This document shows positions 23,591-38,270 of a DNA stretch of 64,000 nucleotides, one piece after another. How positions within the stretch are numbered: the stretch's first letter is position 1; each line of letters begins with the position of its first letter. The stretch lies in contig NC_043024.1 in the NCBI RefSeq assembly GCF_006345805.1, positions 6,324,001 to 6,388,000 on the forward strand. Direction: 5' to 3'. Position numbers and translations under genes: made by a program. The notes beneath the pieces are model-generated. The model was given only the letters and a program-made list of their open reading frames with translations. It made no database searches and was not told where the DNA came from. Source of the stretch: Octopus sinensis. Its lineage: Eukaryota.

Positions 23591-25194
23591 ATATATATAT
23601 ATATATATGTATATGTATATATGATTTTGATTTTTGATTTTTGATTTTTGATTGATTTTGATTTTTCCAGTTTCAGCTTATGAGCTGTGGCCATGCTGGG
23701 GCACTGCCATTGATATGTATATATGTTTTATGGATGTATGTGTGTAAATTAACTACAGCCAAAAGGATGTTGGGAGTGAAATGGTATGCATGTTGTTAAA
23801 AGAAATCCTTCCTTGGAAAACATTCCTCAATAAATAGAAAAACGATTGAAACTATTCTGTATTTCCGTTGAAGACCTCCAACGTAAGTTGAGAGCAACAG
23901 GAAAACATGGTTGTGGCTTGAAAAGTCGGAGACGTAAGTATTATTAGTCACAGACAGACTTGCAGGAAAGACTAAGCCTCAAGACCTCTCTCTGTTCTAC
24001 AACATTATATATTTTTTTTTCACCTTATATGGAAATTGTTTAGTGTTGGAAATTAAAACGTCTCTCTTGCATTGATTTGTATTGTTAGACTGACCAGATG
24101 AGTGGAAGGAGGAAAGCCTCAGGGATGCCCCCTGTAGGAAAACTGAATGGTAAAGTAGGACAGTGGTGTAGTGGGAATGCAGACGATGAAGGTCCTCCAG
24201 TTTGGTGGCTGATTGGCGAGCTGGCTAGGCGAACATAACTTTTATCTCTTACCTTTTACTTGTTTCAGTCATTGGAATGCGACCATGCTGGAGAACTACC
24301 TTGAAGGGTTTTTGGTTGAATGAATCAACCCCAGGGTTAATGTTTTTTTTGTTTTTTAAATATGGTACTGATTCTATAGAACTCTTGTCATGGGGTCATA
24401 AACAAACCAACACTGGTTGTCAAGCGGTGGTGGTGGTATATGACAAATACAGACACAAAGACCAGAGACACACACTCATAAACATATATATATTATGTAT
24501 ATATATACACACACATACATATACATACATATATAAGGAGTTATTTTGGAAAAGGATGGATATAGGAAGTATAAATTGAAATAAGAGAATAAAAACGAAG
24601 GCTACCTAAGAGTGGATGATAACTTGGGCAATGCGGCCCTTTTGCAGTTTTGTGAGCTTACAAGTGTCAATATATATGAATAGACTGCTATGTAAAATGT
24701 AGAATGGGTGGAGTTTTAGAATAAGCATGCCACTGCAATTTTCTGAAATAGTTTTCGTAAACATCAGATTTCTATGCCTCAAACGCAATTTTAATTACGT
24801 TAAGCAATTAATTATAAGAGCAGAGGAAGAAATGCTTTTAAATTTCACAATTAGTTGAGAGGATGTGCTTTAAACAAAATCAGCAAAAATGTTCCAGAAC
24901 AATGAACTTTTTTCTCTTCAAATGTTGTACTTTTTCCAAAAGGTCCCTCACCTTTGACAGAGCCAAACACAATGCTAGATTTGGTAAAGTTATTGACCAA
25001 TGGTAAAGCAGGACTGACCAGGATTGGATTGTTTTTGATCAGAAAATCAACAAAATCAAGTCTTCTGTGGGACTTGGCTTCTCTTGTAATTCTATTGACA
25101 TCTGTGGTGCATTAGAGGAACATCCTTGGAATTAAAAGACCCCAGTGCTTGCCTTGGCAATAACAACAACAGCATTGGAATCATGATGACAAAA

Positions 25195-25600
25195 ATCAAT
25201 TGTTGTTCATCCATAGGGCATGAGTGGAGGTGGAGAATAGGGGAGGGGCAGTTAATTTGCAAGGGGAGTATCGAACTGCTAAGTAAGAATCTGTAGTCAA
25301 TAAAATTGTATTTACCAAAATGAGGAATTGGTAAACAATGCAAAACTAGAAATAAATTCTTGACTCTATCACCCCAATACGACTATTACTACTACACCAG
25401 CAATAACAACAACAACAACAAGCACAATGATGACAGCGGATATAACAACAACAATAACAACAACTGTAGGGTATGGGTGGGGGTTGAGGATGAGGATCAA
25501 CAACAGCGACAACAGCAACAGCAACAGTTTCCACAACAACAACAGCAATAACAACTGTAGGGTATGGGTGGAGGTGGAGAATGGGGGAGCAACAACAGCG

Positions 25601-25642
<42 letters not shown>

Positions 25643-25862
25643 GCAACAACAACAACAGTTTCCACAACAACAACAGCAATATCAATTGTAGGGTATGGGT
25701 GGAGGTGGAGAATGAGGGAGTAACAACAACAACACCACCACCACCACCACCACCAACAACAACAACAATAACAACTGCATTGACAGCAACAACAGAAACA
25801 AAAACAACAACAACATTAGTGATGACAAAACTGCAACAGTACATCGTCATCAACAACAACAA
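25195..25862. repeat. Compound (CAA/CAG)n satellite punctuated by a recurring purine-rich ~25-mer
   Basis: TAGGG(C/T)ATG(A/G)GTGG(A/G)GGT(G/T)GAG(A/G)AT at about 25214, 25467, 25558 and 25689, separated by CAA tracts. Confidence 0.85.
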
Positions 25863-26504
25863 GCATAATTCCGTAGCTGGGAATTACCAAATTCTTGGTG
25901 TAATTGAGTTGGCTTCATTATTGGTGAAGTGAATCAAGCTATGCTGCAGTTGCGGTTTATCACAAGAGAAAAAAATATATATACACATATATATAATGGT
26001 AATATAATAAAATATAATAATATGAAAATCAATCTAATTTGTTTTATCAGAATCTGGAAACTGACTTTCAATAATTGTGTCGTTGTATATGGAATTTCAG
26101 CTGCTAAAGCCTCCTCCCAGAGGACGACAATTTGGCAGAGTTTGTGGAACAATGGCAGAATGGTTCTGGTCGTTTACATCCAGTGTTCAAACCCTGAAAC
26201 AATTCTTCCACTTTGCTTTTTCAAACTGGAACTTCATGTGTCAATCCCAGGAAGGACAAAAGCAAAGTTGACCTTGCTGGGATCTGAACACTGGAACGCT
26301 GGATGTAAAAAGCCAGTGCAGTTTTTTTTATGCTTGAATGATTCTGGCATCACTCTAGACTGGAAATGCATTTATTGAGCATTCGAACACTGGATGTAAA
26401 GAGCTGGAACAATTCATATACCACCTTAGTAATTAAGCATTCGTTCAAAATTGGACAACAAACAAATTTCCAGTTTTGAGAGAATGCTGAATTATTTGGA
26501 CATT

Positions 26505-27200
26505 ATATATAATAATAATAATAATAATAATTGTGTACAGTGCTCAGGTGCACTACAACTCATCTAAAGTGTATATATAATCAGGTGTAGTTTCGGCGGA
26601 TTTCGGAAAGCATGAGGGCCTTAAAAGATGCAGTGTCATGGCAGTCAACAACTGACGCAGGCAGTTTATTCCATGCTTCAGCAACTCTGAGCGTGAAAAA
26701 ATGTTTCCGAAAGTCATGGGAGCTGTATTGTTTTCTGACTTTGTAGGCATGTCCACGTGTGTTAGACACATGGAGATCAAAAAGGTGTTCAGTGTTGTTG
26801 TTGGTGAGGTGGTTGATAACTTTGTGGGTGTTTACCAAGTCCGTCGCCAAACGCTGGAGCTTCAGTGAATCCATGCCCAGGGAAACAAGGCGCTCAGAAT
26901 ATGGTAGGTGTCTGATGGAGGGTATGCGTTTGGTTGCACGTCTCTGGACAGATTCCAGGAGGTCAATGTTCTGTGCAAGATAGGGGTTCCAAACTGATGA
27001 TGCGAATTCCAAGTGTGGTCGTACCATAGCTGTATACAGTTTTAAATAGATGGCTGGAGAGCGGCTAACAAAAGACCTGCTGAGTGATGCCAAGACACCC
27101 TCGGCCTTCCTGACAATCTTAGAGATATGCTTTGACCAACGCAAATCACTGCTGACAGTGATGCCTAGGTCACGCTCGCAAGAGGATTTCTTGATATGAA
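26505..27200 (-). mobile_element. CR1-type LINE 3' end (ORF2 C-terminus, 3' UTR, ATT tail)
   Basis: ERDLGITVSSDL..WSKHI..LYTAMVRPHLEFASSVWNPY..TRGH..FFTLRVAEAWNKLP, stop at 26581-26583. Confidence 0.92.
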
Positions 27201-27469
27201 TTGCAACAGCTCTTTACAGCCAATTCTCAAATTCTGCTGAGGTCAAGTATGCTTTGTTCCTTCCAGAAGTCAATAAATGAGTTTCCTGTTTTGAGCAATT
27301 GTCAAAATTATTTGAACATGATATGAATTGTGCCAACTCTTTACATGCAGTGTTCAAATTCTGCAAAGGTCAGTTTTGTCTTTAATCCTTCCAGGGGCCG
27401 ATAAATGAGTTTCCAGTTCTGAGCGATTGACAAATTATTAAGACATTTATTAAATTGTTCCATTTTATG

Positions 27470-27679
27470 CGCAGGAGTGGCTGTGTGGTAAGTAGCTTGC
27501 TTCGCAGCCACATGATTCCGGGTTCATTCCCACTGCGTGGCACCTTGGGCAAATGTCTTCTACTATAGCCTCGGGCCAACAAAGCCTTGTGAGTGGATTT
27601 CATAGATGGAAACTGAAAGAAGCCCATCATATACATGTATATATATATATAATATATATTATATATATATATATATGTA

Positions 27680-27730
<51 letters not shown>

Positions 27731-27930
27731 CTGTGTTTGTCCCCCCCAACATTGCTTGACAACCAATGCTGGTGTGTTTACGTCCCTGTAACTTAGCAGT
27801 TCAGCAAAAGAGACCAATAGAATAAGTACTAGGCTTACAAAGAATAAGTCCTGAGATCGATTTGGTTGACTAAAGGTGGTGCTCCAGCATGGCCACAGTC
27901 AAATGACTGAAACACATAAGTAAAGAGTAT
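27470..27930 (+). mobile_element. tRNA-derived SINE type A
   Basis: Homology to 58323-58740. Confidence 0.85.
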
Positions 27931-28607
27931 GTATATATCTGTGTATATATGTATGTATATATACATATATAATATATATATATATTATATATATATTATA
28001 TATATATATATATATATATGTGTACACATATATTTATATATATACAATATATACATGCATATACATATATGCATACACATATATAAATGTATATATATAC
28101 ATATATATATATATACATATATACATATATATAAACACATATATATATGTACATATATGTATATTTCTGTGTCTAACTATGTATATATATATATATATAC
28201 ACACACATATATATACATATATATACTAATATACATACATATACACGCAAATGCATACATACATTCTAATTTTAGCCACTTCGTGACATAATTAACGTAA
28301 AGCTCACCAGAAATATTCACACCGGACAAATGTATAAAAATATATTTAAAATAATTTATTTTTATCCTCTCCTACATATTTCATTTACAATTTCCTTCCT
28401 CAGTTCTGGCTTTCCTTCAGTTCCTATGGAATTCGTCTTTCAGATACGTCCCTCCCTTCTTCTTCTTCCTGTTCCTTGCTCCATATTTTTCCCTTGATGT
28501 GGAAATATTTGGACATAAATTCCACAGATATTGTTTTCTCTCTTCAGTGCAGCTGACGTCACCACGCTGACACACGAGCAAGCAGAAATCGCTTTTCAGC
28601 ACAATAC

Positions 28608-29440
<833 letters not shown>

Positions 29441-29479
29441 GAATCTCATTTTAATTACTTATGTCCCACCATTGCCACC

Positions 29480-29963
29480 ATCATCACTACCACCTCTACT
29501 TAGTTCTCTCTCTCTCCCTCTCTTTCTCCCCTTTGTCCTTTCTCTCTCTTTCTGTTTCTCAATTTCTTTTTTTCTTCACTTCCTCTCTTTCATTTTCTCT
29601 TTCTTGCTTCTTCCCTTTCTTTCTTTCTTTTGATTTTCTTTTTTTTGCTTTCTTCTTTCTTTGTCTTCCTCTCTCTTTTATTCATCTTCCCTTTCATTTT
29701 TACTTTCATTCAATCTTCCTTCTTTCTTTCCTTCCATTCATTATCTCCCTCATTCTCTCTTTTTCCATTCTGTCTTTCTTTCTCTCTTTGCCACTTTCTT
29801 TCTCTCTTACTTTATTTCCATCTCTTTCTCTCACTTTCTTTTCTTTCCTTCCTTCTTTGTTTCTATCTTTGTTTCTTTCTTTCTTTCATTCTCTTTTTCT
29901 ATCTTTCCTTCTTTCTTTCCTTCTTTTTTCTTTTATTCTTTCTTTCTATCCATCCATCCATCC

Positions 29964-29995
<32 letters not shown>

Positions 29996-30663
29996 ACCTT
30001 TCCCTCTTTCTTTCTGTCTTTCTTTCTATTTGTCTTTCTTCTTTTTTCTTTCTTTCTTTCTACCTTTCCTTCTTTCCTTCTTTCTTTCTTTCTATCTGTC
30101 TTTCTTGCTGCCTTTCTTTCTACCTTTCCTTCCTTCTTTCTTTCTTTCTTTCTTTCTTTCTATCAGTCTTCCTTTCTTTCATTCTTTTTTATCTTACTTT
30201 CTTTCTACCTCTCCTTCCTTCCTTCCTTCTTTCCTTCCTTCCTTCCTTCTTTCTTTCTTTCTACCTCTTCTTCCTTATTTCTTTCATTCTTTTTATCTTT
30301 CTTTCTTTCATTTATTTTTGTTTCTACCTTTCCTTCTTTCTTTCCTTCTTTCTTTCTTTCATTCTATCTGTCTTTCTTCCTTTCATTCTTTCTTTCTTTT
30401 TTCTTTCTACCTTTCCCTCTTTTTCTTTCTTTTTTTCTTTCTTTCTTTCTGTCTTTATTCCTTTTTTCATTCCTTCTTTCTTTCTTTCTTACTCCTTTTC
30501 CTTCTTTCCTTCTTTTATTCCTTCTTTCTTTCTATCTGTCTTTTTTCCTTTTTTCATTCTTTTTACCTTTCCTTCTTTCCTTCTGTTTCTTTTCTTTCTT
30601 TCTTTCTTTCTTTCTTTCTTTATTACTACCTTTCCTTCTTTTCTTCTTTTTCCTTTCTTTCTT

Positions 30664-30712
<49 letters not shown>

Positions 30713-30820
30713 TTTCTTTCCTTCTTTCTTTCTTTCTTTCTTTCTATCTGTCTTTCTTCCTTCCTTTCATTCTTTTTATCTTTCAATTCGTCTTTCTTCC
30801 TTCCTATCTCTTTCTCTCTT
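29480..30820. repeat. ~1.3-kb polypyrimidine tract of degenerate (CTTT)n
   Basis: Directly visible; G is very rare on the plus strand. Confidence 0.97.
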
Positions 30821-31774
30821 AATCTGGATACAGATGTCTTCTGGTTTCACCCCAAGCCGACCCACACCCTTAAACAGAAACTGTGAGCAATCCTATTGCA
30901 GTGATTGTACCAGTAATGAAGCCAGGCACAGCTTTGCCACACTCACTGTGGAATACTCAGCTACCTGGATATAAATTTAAGTGGAGTACATAGAATTATT
31001 GATCATTGCAACCAAAGGAAGATCAATCAAATACTTTCACTGATACTTGCATCCACACATGTGAAAGTACATACATATTTAATGTGTATATATATATATA
31101 TATATAGTATAGGTGCATGGCTCAGGTCTTATGACTATGATGTTGTTGATGTTCCATTAAAATAGTTGCAGGTCAATGTATACCTGCTTGGTTGGAAAAT
31201 GGCATGGTTGGCTGCAACAAAGCTGATGAAGAGCTGAAAGGTGTGTGATAGGAATAACAAGCCAATCCTTTGATTTGTATCTGTTGTCCTTGTGCTACAT
31301 ACATCTGAAAATCAAATATACTTGTTACCCCTCACACCTGTGTATCATCCTTCAACATATCAATTGTCTTTCAAATTAAATGTAACTCCGGTTCCTAAAG
31401 TTACTCGACAATGGTGCTCATTGCTCTGTTGGGGTTGATGTCGATTCTACCTCAAGCCTGCTGGACTAATCCCTCCATCCAGAATATTCCTTTCTCTTTG
31501 TTACAAATGACACCACCACCATCCCATCAGAAGCCATAAGTTCTTTTGCAGCCTTGAATATGAATGACAGAGCTACATTTAAGAAGATGGCAATGTCTGA
31601 GCCAATCTGGTTGGCAATAGAATCCACAGGCATGATGTGTCTTCTCATTTCCTGTATCAGGCTAGAATTAGTCACATTGATAATTGTGATACAACAGAAT
31701 AGGAAATGACTGAGTTAGAATTTGGCACATGCCGAATAATAACAACACATCAGGTACCTTTATCTCTTATCTTT

Positions 31775-32160
31775 AGCTTGTTTCAGACATTAGACTGTGG
31801 CCATGCTGGGGCACCACCTTGAAGAATTTTAGTCAAATAAGTCAACCTCTGTACTTATTTTTTTATTATGAGCCTCGTACTTATTCTATTGGTTCTTTTG
31901 CTGAACTGCTAAGTTACAGGGGTGTAAACACACCAACACCGGTTGTCAAGTGATGGAGGGGAAGAAATACAAACACACGCATACAAATATATATATATAT
32001 ATGTATATAAGCTTCTTTCAGTTTCCATTTACCAAATCCACTCACAAGGCTTTGGTCGGTCCGAGGCTATAGTAGAAAACATTTGCTCAAGGTGTCATAC
32101 AGTGGGACTGAACCCAGAACCATGTGGTTGAGAAGCAAACTTCTTACCACAAAGCCACGC
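31775..32160 (-). mobile_element. tRNA-derived SINE type A (diverged)
   Basis: Homology to 58323-58740 (rc). Confidence 0.75.
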
Positions 32161-32762
32161 TTGCGCATATGTATATATTTCAATAAGAGTTTAGTCTCTC
32201 TGTGAGATGAGAGCCACACATCTAAATACACATCTAAATACACATCTAAATACACATCTAAATACACAAACACGTCTTTGTGTATGATTATGCACCCACA
32301 CATACACTGAAAAGGGGATAGACACACACACACACACACGTGTGTGTGTGTGTGTGAGTCTAAGTTATTGTTGTCTGGTTCTAAGTAGTTTTTCCTAGAG
32401 TGGGCAAATTAACAATTAGTTTGTGTATAGTCAATTAGTATTAGTCAAATACTACAATTACTCACGCTGTATTACCCAGTAACATCTTCACCACACCTCA
32501 TCCTATACGTACACTCACACACACACACACACACACACGATATAATGTTTATTGGGTGAGGACAGTTTGTGGAGAGAATGTTTTAGCAAACCATAAAAGG
32601 AAGATGACCTGCTACATGGTGTGGCTGTGTGGTAAGAGGCTTGCTTCCCAACCACATAGTTCCAGGTTCAATCCCACTTTTAGTGTCTTCTAATATAGCC
32701 TTGGTCCAACCAATGGCTTGTGAGTAAATTTAGTAGAAGGAAACTGAAAGAAGCCTGTTGTG

Positions 32763-32800
<38 letters not shown>

Positions 32801-32919
32801 TGCAGGTGCGGTTGTGAGCTAAGAAGCTTGCTTCCCAACAACGTGGTTCCAGGTTCAGTCCCACTGTATGACACCTTGGGCAAGTGACTTCTAATTTAGC
32901 CTACGATAGACATACAGTT

Positions 32920-33290
32920 CTATATTTAAGTGATGAGGAATTATGTACATTATTTACATTATTTATTTGACCGATATTTATCCTCATCAGGTGTCTTGGG
33001 GAAATTTCAAACCTGGGTTCTTATTCCTAAGGTATTTTTTGATGTTATTATTATTATTATTTTTATTCATGTCACTGCTTGGAATCAAACTCAGAGTTTG
33101 ATTCCAAGCAGTGACCTGAATAATAATAATAATAATAACATCAAAATATACCTTAGGAATAAGAACCCAGGTTCAAAATTTCCCCAAGACACCTGATGAA
33201 GGCTGGAGGGTATATCAGCCAAAGCATTGTGTTTACAACAAACAAGATGAGAACAAATATCTGCTAAATGTAAATAATGTAAATAATGTA
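32920..33290. mobile_element. Inverted pair of Penelope-like terminal repeat fragments with a mutated hammerhead
   Basis: 32985-33062 is the rc of 33125-33200. Plus copy reads GACAC-CTGATGA-A-GGCTG..CAGCC-AAAG-CATT-GTGTT, i.e. GAAA is mutated. Same family at 55140-55290 and 55400-55545. Confidence 0.6.
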
Positions 33291-33926
33291 TGTGATAGAC
33301 ATGTCTGTATATTCAGAGTATTCCAAACGTATCTTAATGCAATCCTTGTATTGTTCTTTGTACACCCTGATGAGTTTCCATACAAGGTATTTAAAATGCA
33401 AAATTATATATTTATATAAGTTTTGTAATTTTAATTTTGTTTGCGAAATGAAACAATTGTAGGTGAATATGGTAATTAATTAATAAATTAATTTGTATCC
33501 ATTAAATCTCTTTGTTTTCTAACTTGATAAAAAGGTTTGATACTTTACGATATTTTATATAATATATTCATTGAAGAATTATCTCTTCAAAATATAATAT
33601 ATTAAGCCTGTGTATCTTGGATAGAAATATCCCTATAAGAGGTTTAAATATCTCGTTGTGACTATATATATATATATGTATGTAGTTATTATCAGTGTAT
33701 TTTCAGTGATTTAAATAAGAGTTTTGACTGTTATTTCCAGCAGGTAGATATACTTAGTATGTCCTTTGATTAATTTCAATCCTTCAGCTCTTTAATGCTT
33801 TCTTTTCGGCCTGCAATCACCTACATTATTGATTCTCTTATTATCATTTTTAATTGTTACACTAGATAATAACAGAGCCAATAATATCTTTGCAAAATTT
33901 TCTCTTGAATTATTTGCTCTGTATTG

Positions 33927-34005
<79 letters not shown>

Positions 34006-34091
34006 AATATATATTATATAAATATATATATATATAAATACATAATACACATATATATATATATATATACATACACAAACAGCACCACACT

Positions 34092-34133
<42 letters not shown>

Positions 34134-34391
34134 ATACATATATATATATATATATATCATCATCATCATCATCATCATCATTTAGCGTCCGTTTTCATGC
34201 TAGCATGGGTTGGACGGTTCAACTGGGGTCTGGGGAGCCCGAAGGCTGCACCAGGCCAGTCAGATCTGGCAGTGTTTCTACAGCTGGATGCCCTTCCTAA
34301 CGCCAACCACTCCATACATACATATATATATATATTATACATATATATATATATATATATGTGTGTTTGTTTTTGTGTATGTGTATATATA

Positions 34392-34448
<57 letters not shown>

Positions 34449-34482
34449 ATATATATATATTATATATGTGTGTGGTGTGTGT

Positions 34483-34514
<32 letters not shown>

Positions 34515-35079
34515 CACCATTCGCCATGACAGATCACTAGCTACTACACATTCTTTATTTTCTCTCCTTATTCCTTTCTGTGGAAGAGCGTAGGCTCAAA
34601 ACATTAAAGACTTTTTCACTTCCCCTGAGCATTATACTAATCCATCTGTTTGTTTTCTACACCACCTGTCTTCATCTTTTGTTTTATTTTGAATTCTCCC
34701 TATATATATATAGTAACATTATAATTGTCACCCAAGTGCGGCATCCCTCATGGACAGTGCTACTGACGTTTATAGCCCCAGGAAGACATTTCCTCCAGCT
34801 GGCTTATGACACACATTCTGTGTCTGATTAGAATTTGCGACAGGAGATCGTCGCTCCCATCCCATACACACAGACTGGACTGTTTCTGGGTGGCTACCCA
34901 TACTCGGTAGGTGTTAATCACTTGCTAGTGATGAAAATTCACCTCACTCACAAAATGCTAAATGCTTTTTCTAGTAATGAACCATCGCTGATCTTGAAAA
35001 AGGAGAAATAAGCACACCAACATTGGTTATCAAGCAATGGTGGAGGGACAAACACAAGACACACAAACATATATATATG

Positions 35080-35151
<72 letters not shown>

Positions 35152-35164
35152 ATATATATTTATT

Positions 35165-35241
<77 letters not shown>

Positions 35242-35269
35242 CAACAACAACAATAATAATCATGATAAT

Positions 35270-37200
35270 AATAATAATATTAGGGAGTATAACTCCAAAC
35301 TTACAGGGAAAAATTCAATTTAGTATTAAATCAAATTTCACAATATAAATATATAATATGTATAAATTAGAGAAAAGCCACAATTATGCAATTCAAACAA
35401 TGATAGGCATAAACCAAATCATAAAGAAAAATAAAATATAAACTATATAACTAGATCACAAAAAGTACAAAAAGTAAACAATATATAATAAGTAAAAAGA
35501 CTACATACGTTTCATGGCTATAATTTCAAAGCGAATTACAATTAAATTTAAATTTAGTCGAAAAACAATTCAATTTAAAAGTATAGTCACTTTTCAGGTC
35601 AAAAATAATAACTATAATAGTTAAATAAATAATCAAATAGAATTAAACAATATTTCTTAAAGAAATAAAATCATGACTGTTCTTATAGAAGAAACTCCGT
35701 TAACTAAAATTGAAACTTAAAAGTAGGACCAGGTGCATATAATACATTTATCATGTTAAAAACCTAAGGTAAAAATATAGAGTAAATAGATAGAAAAATG
35801 TATTTATCTGTGAAGATATAATTTAGCTTTGAGAAAAACATTAACGAACTATAAAATATCTTTTCACTAGCTATATTCTAATATTTTACATTACAAACTA
35901 TTTTACAAAACAATCACACTTAATACTATTAGATTTTATTTCACATATAATAATTATACAATAATAAAATTATAAAATTAAATAAAAATACGTATCTAAA
36001 TTATAATTAACAAATATAGCAATTAGAAATCCATATTTTTTCAATCAGTAAACATATAAATAAATAGATAAATAAATAAATAAATAAATTACTCTATTAT
36101 TTCTTAAATAAATATTATATTTATCATTCTGAAAATATTTATGAAATAAAAAATAAAAAATTTCAAAACTAAAAACGTAAAACGTATTACATTTATAAAA
36201 TTATTGGCGAAAAAAGTACTTATTATTATCATTATTATTATTATTATTATTAAATTCAATACTACTGAATATAAAAAACTTCACCTATACTAAAAAATTT
36301 TACAATCTAATTCACAAAGTAACCAAACTAATATTTTTCGATTTAAGTTCACATATAATAATTATAAAATAAGAATAATTAAATAAATGTACGTATCTAA
36401 ATTATCATTAACAAATAAAAAAAATTAGAAATCCATATTCATCAATCAATAATCATATAGATTACATTATTATTTCATAAATAAATTGTATACTTATTTC
36501 TCCGAGGATATATAATGAATAAAAAAAATTTCAAAACAAAAAACGTATTACTTAGCGTTTATAAATTTACTCGTGAAGACGTGGCTTAAAGAACTAGAAC
36601 AAACAGATAGAAATATGCATTTTATCAATGAAAACTACAAATATATTTTAGCTTTAACAAAAGGAGAATAAAATCACAAAAGGAGAATAAAATCACTAAG
36701 ACTGTAAGATGTCATTCACTAGAAACTTCAAAATTCTAAAATTACTACAAAAACATGTAAAACATAAATATACTCAAATTAACAATATACTTAAACTAAT
36801 TTATATAACTACAATTTACTCTATATTCTCCATTAACCTTATACTAATCTATTTGTTTCAGTCACATAAATATGGTTATGCTGGAGCCCCGCCTTTATTC
36901 AAACAAATCAACCCCTGGACCATATAAATTAATTAAATAAACATCTAAAGTAAATCTAATTCTAAATATTTAATACAAACTTGTGTTAACTAATATACAA
37001 AACGCCACCACAAAACATAAACTACTACATCACTTATACCAAATATATATTATATATATCAAATAAATACTCAAAATAAATCCTCACTAATAAATTAAAC
37101 TTATTATATAAGTAAATTAATTTATATTTAGATCTAATACTTCACTCATTAAGGGAATAAATAAAGTACTTATTATTATTTTTAAATAAAATAGTACATT
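35270..37200. repeat. Extremely AT-rich region with diverged internal duplication; left end related to 46920-47130
   Basis: 35880-36210 resembles 36290-36580, and 35780-35830 resembles 36600-36655. Shared start CCAAA(C/T)TTACAGGGAAAAA with 46935. Hammerhead relic on the minus strand at about 35498-35600. Confidence 0.55.
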
Positions 37201-37254
37201 AAAAAATAGTACATAAATATATATATATATAATATATATATATATGAATGATCA

Positions 37255-38270
37255 GATCTGGTGTATAAGAGAGACAACTGTGCTGGTGTGGTCATGTGAT
37301 GCATATTAATGAGGACAGCTGTGTGAAGAAGTGTCGCATTTTAATGGTAGAGAGAACCTGTGAAAGTGTTAGACCCAGGAAGACATGGGATGAGGTAGTG
37401 AAGCATGATCTTCGAATGTTGAGCCTCACAGAAGCAATGACGAGGGACCGAGACCTTTGGAGATATGCCATGCATGAAAAGACCCATCGAACCAAGGTGA
37501 AATCATGGTCATGGCCGATGCCACTATCATGTAACTCAGTGCTACTCAAAGTGGTAGTCTGTGGAGCGGTGCCGGTCCATGACCCATCAGCTGCTGGTAC
37601 GTGGTAAGTTTCCAGAAAAGAAAGGACCATTATAAAATCCTTATAAAATGTTTATGTAATAAAATTTGCTTACTAAATAAATATAAGATAAAAAAATTGT
37701 CAACTTTTATTATATTCATTATACATATTGTTTCTGGTATAAATAAATATTACTAAGAAATATTACTGATCCCTGGTACATTGGAAAAAAAATCTGCCAA
37801 TACACCACATCAGATAGTTTGAGAAGCACTGAGGTAACTGGCCCGTTAAATGCACCCTTCATTGTTGAGCAATATGCTGTACTTGTGAAGATCTGAAATT
37901 GAAGTTGTGACCAATACCAGTGCCATCTGACTGGTACCCATGTTGGTGGCATTTAAAAAGCACTGTTTGAGTGTTGACCAAGAATTTTGGTGATATACTG
38001 TGCTTGTGTAGACCTGTCAAAACAAGTGAGGCTGTGGTCAAGGCCAATGCCGGTGTCAGCTCAATGGCACTTATACTGGTGGCACATATAAAGTACCCAT
38101 TACACTCTCGGAGTGGTTGGCATTAGGAAAGGCAGCCAGCTGTAGAAACCTTGCCAAACCAGATTGGAACCTGGTGCAGCCTCCTGGCTTACCAGTTTTC
38201 AGTCAAACCGTCCAACCCATGCCAGCATGGAAAGCGGACGTTAAACGATGAAGATGAAGATGATGATGAT
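37255..38270 (+). mobile_element. RTE LINE remnants: ORF2 C-terminal fragment (37255-37510) and diverged 3' UTR (37785-38270)
   Basis: GHVMHINEDSCVKKC..RPRKTWDEVVKHDLR..RDRDLWR; 3' end ...GGAAAGCGGACGTTAAACGATGAAGATG. Confidence 0.85.

Noticed and set aside
20048-24150. Multi-exon chain linking 20048, about 20812, about 23834 and about 24092
   Set aside because: Phases can be made compatible, but the product is unrecognisable (for example PSEWWWCKT), the acceptors are partly weak and the chain hits a stop at the next candidate.
30878-30974. FYVE- or zinc-finger-like peptide [17 protein letters not shown]
   Set aside because: Only three Cys, no basic R(R/K)HHCR motif, and a stop shortly after.
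35270-37200. Mitochondrial insertion (NUMT)
   Set aside because: AT-rich, but I could not recognise any mitochondrial gene, rRNA or tRNA. It shares a terminal motif with a nuclear repeat at 46920.
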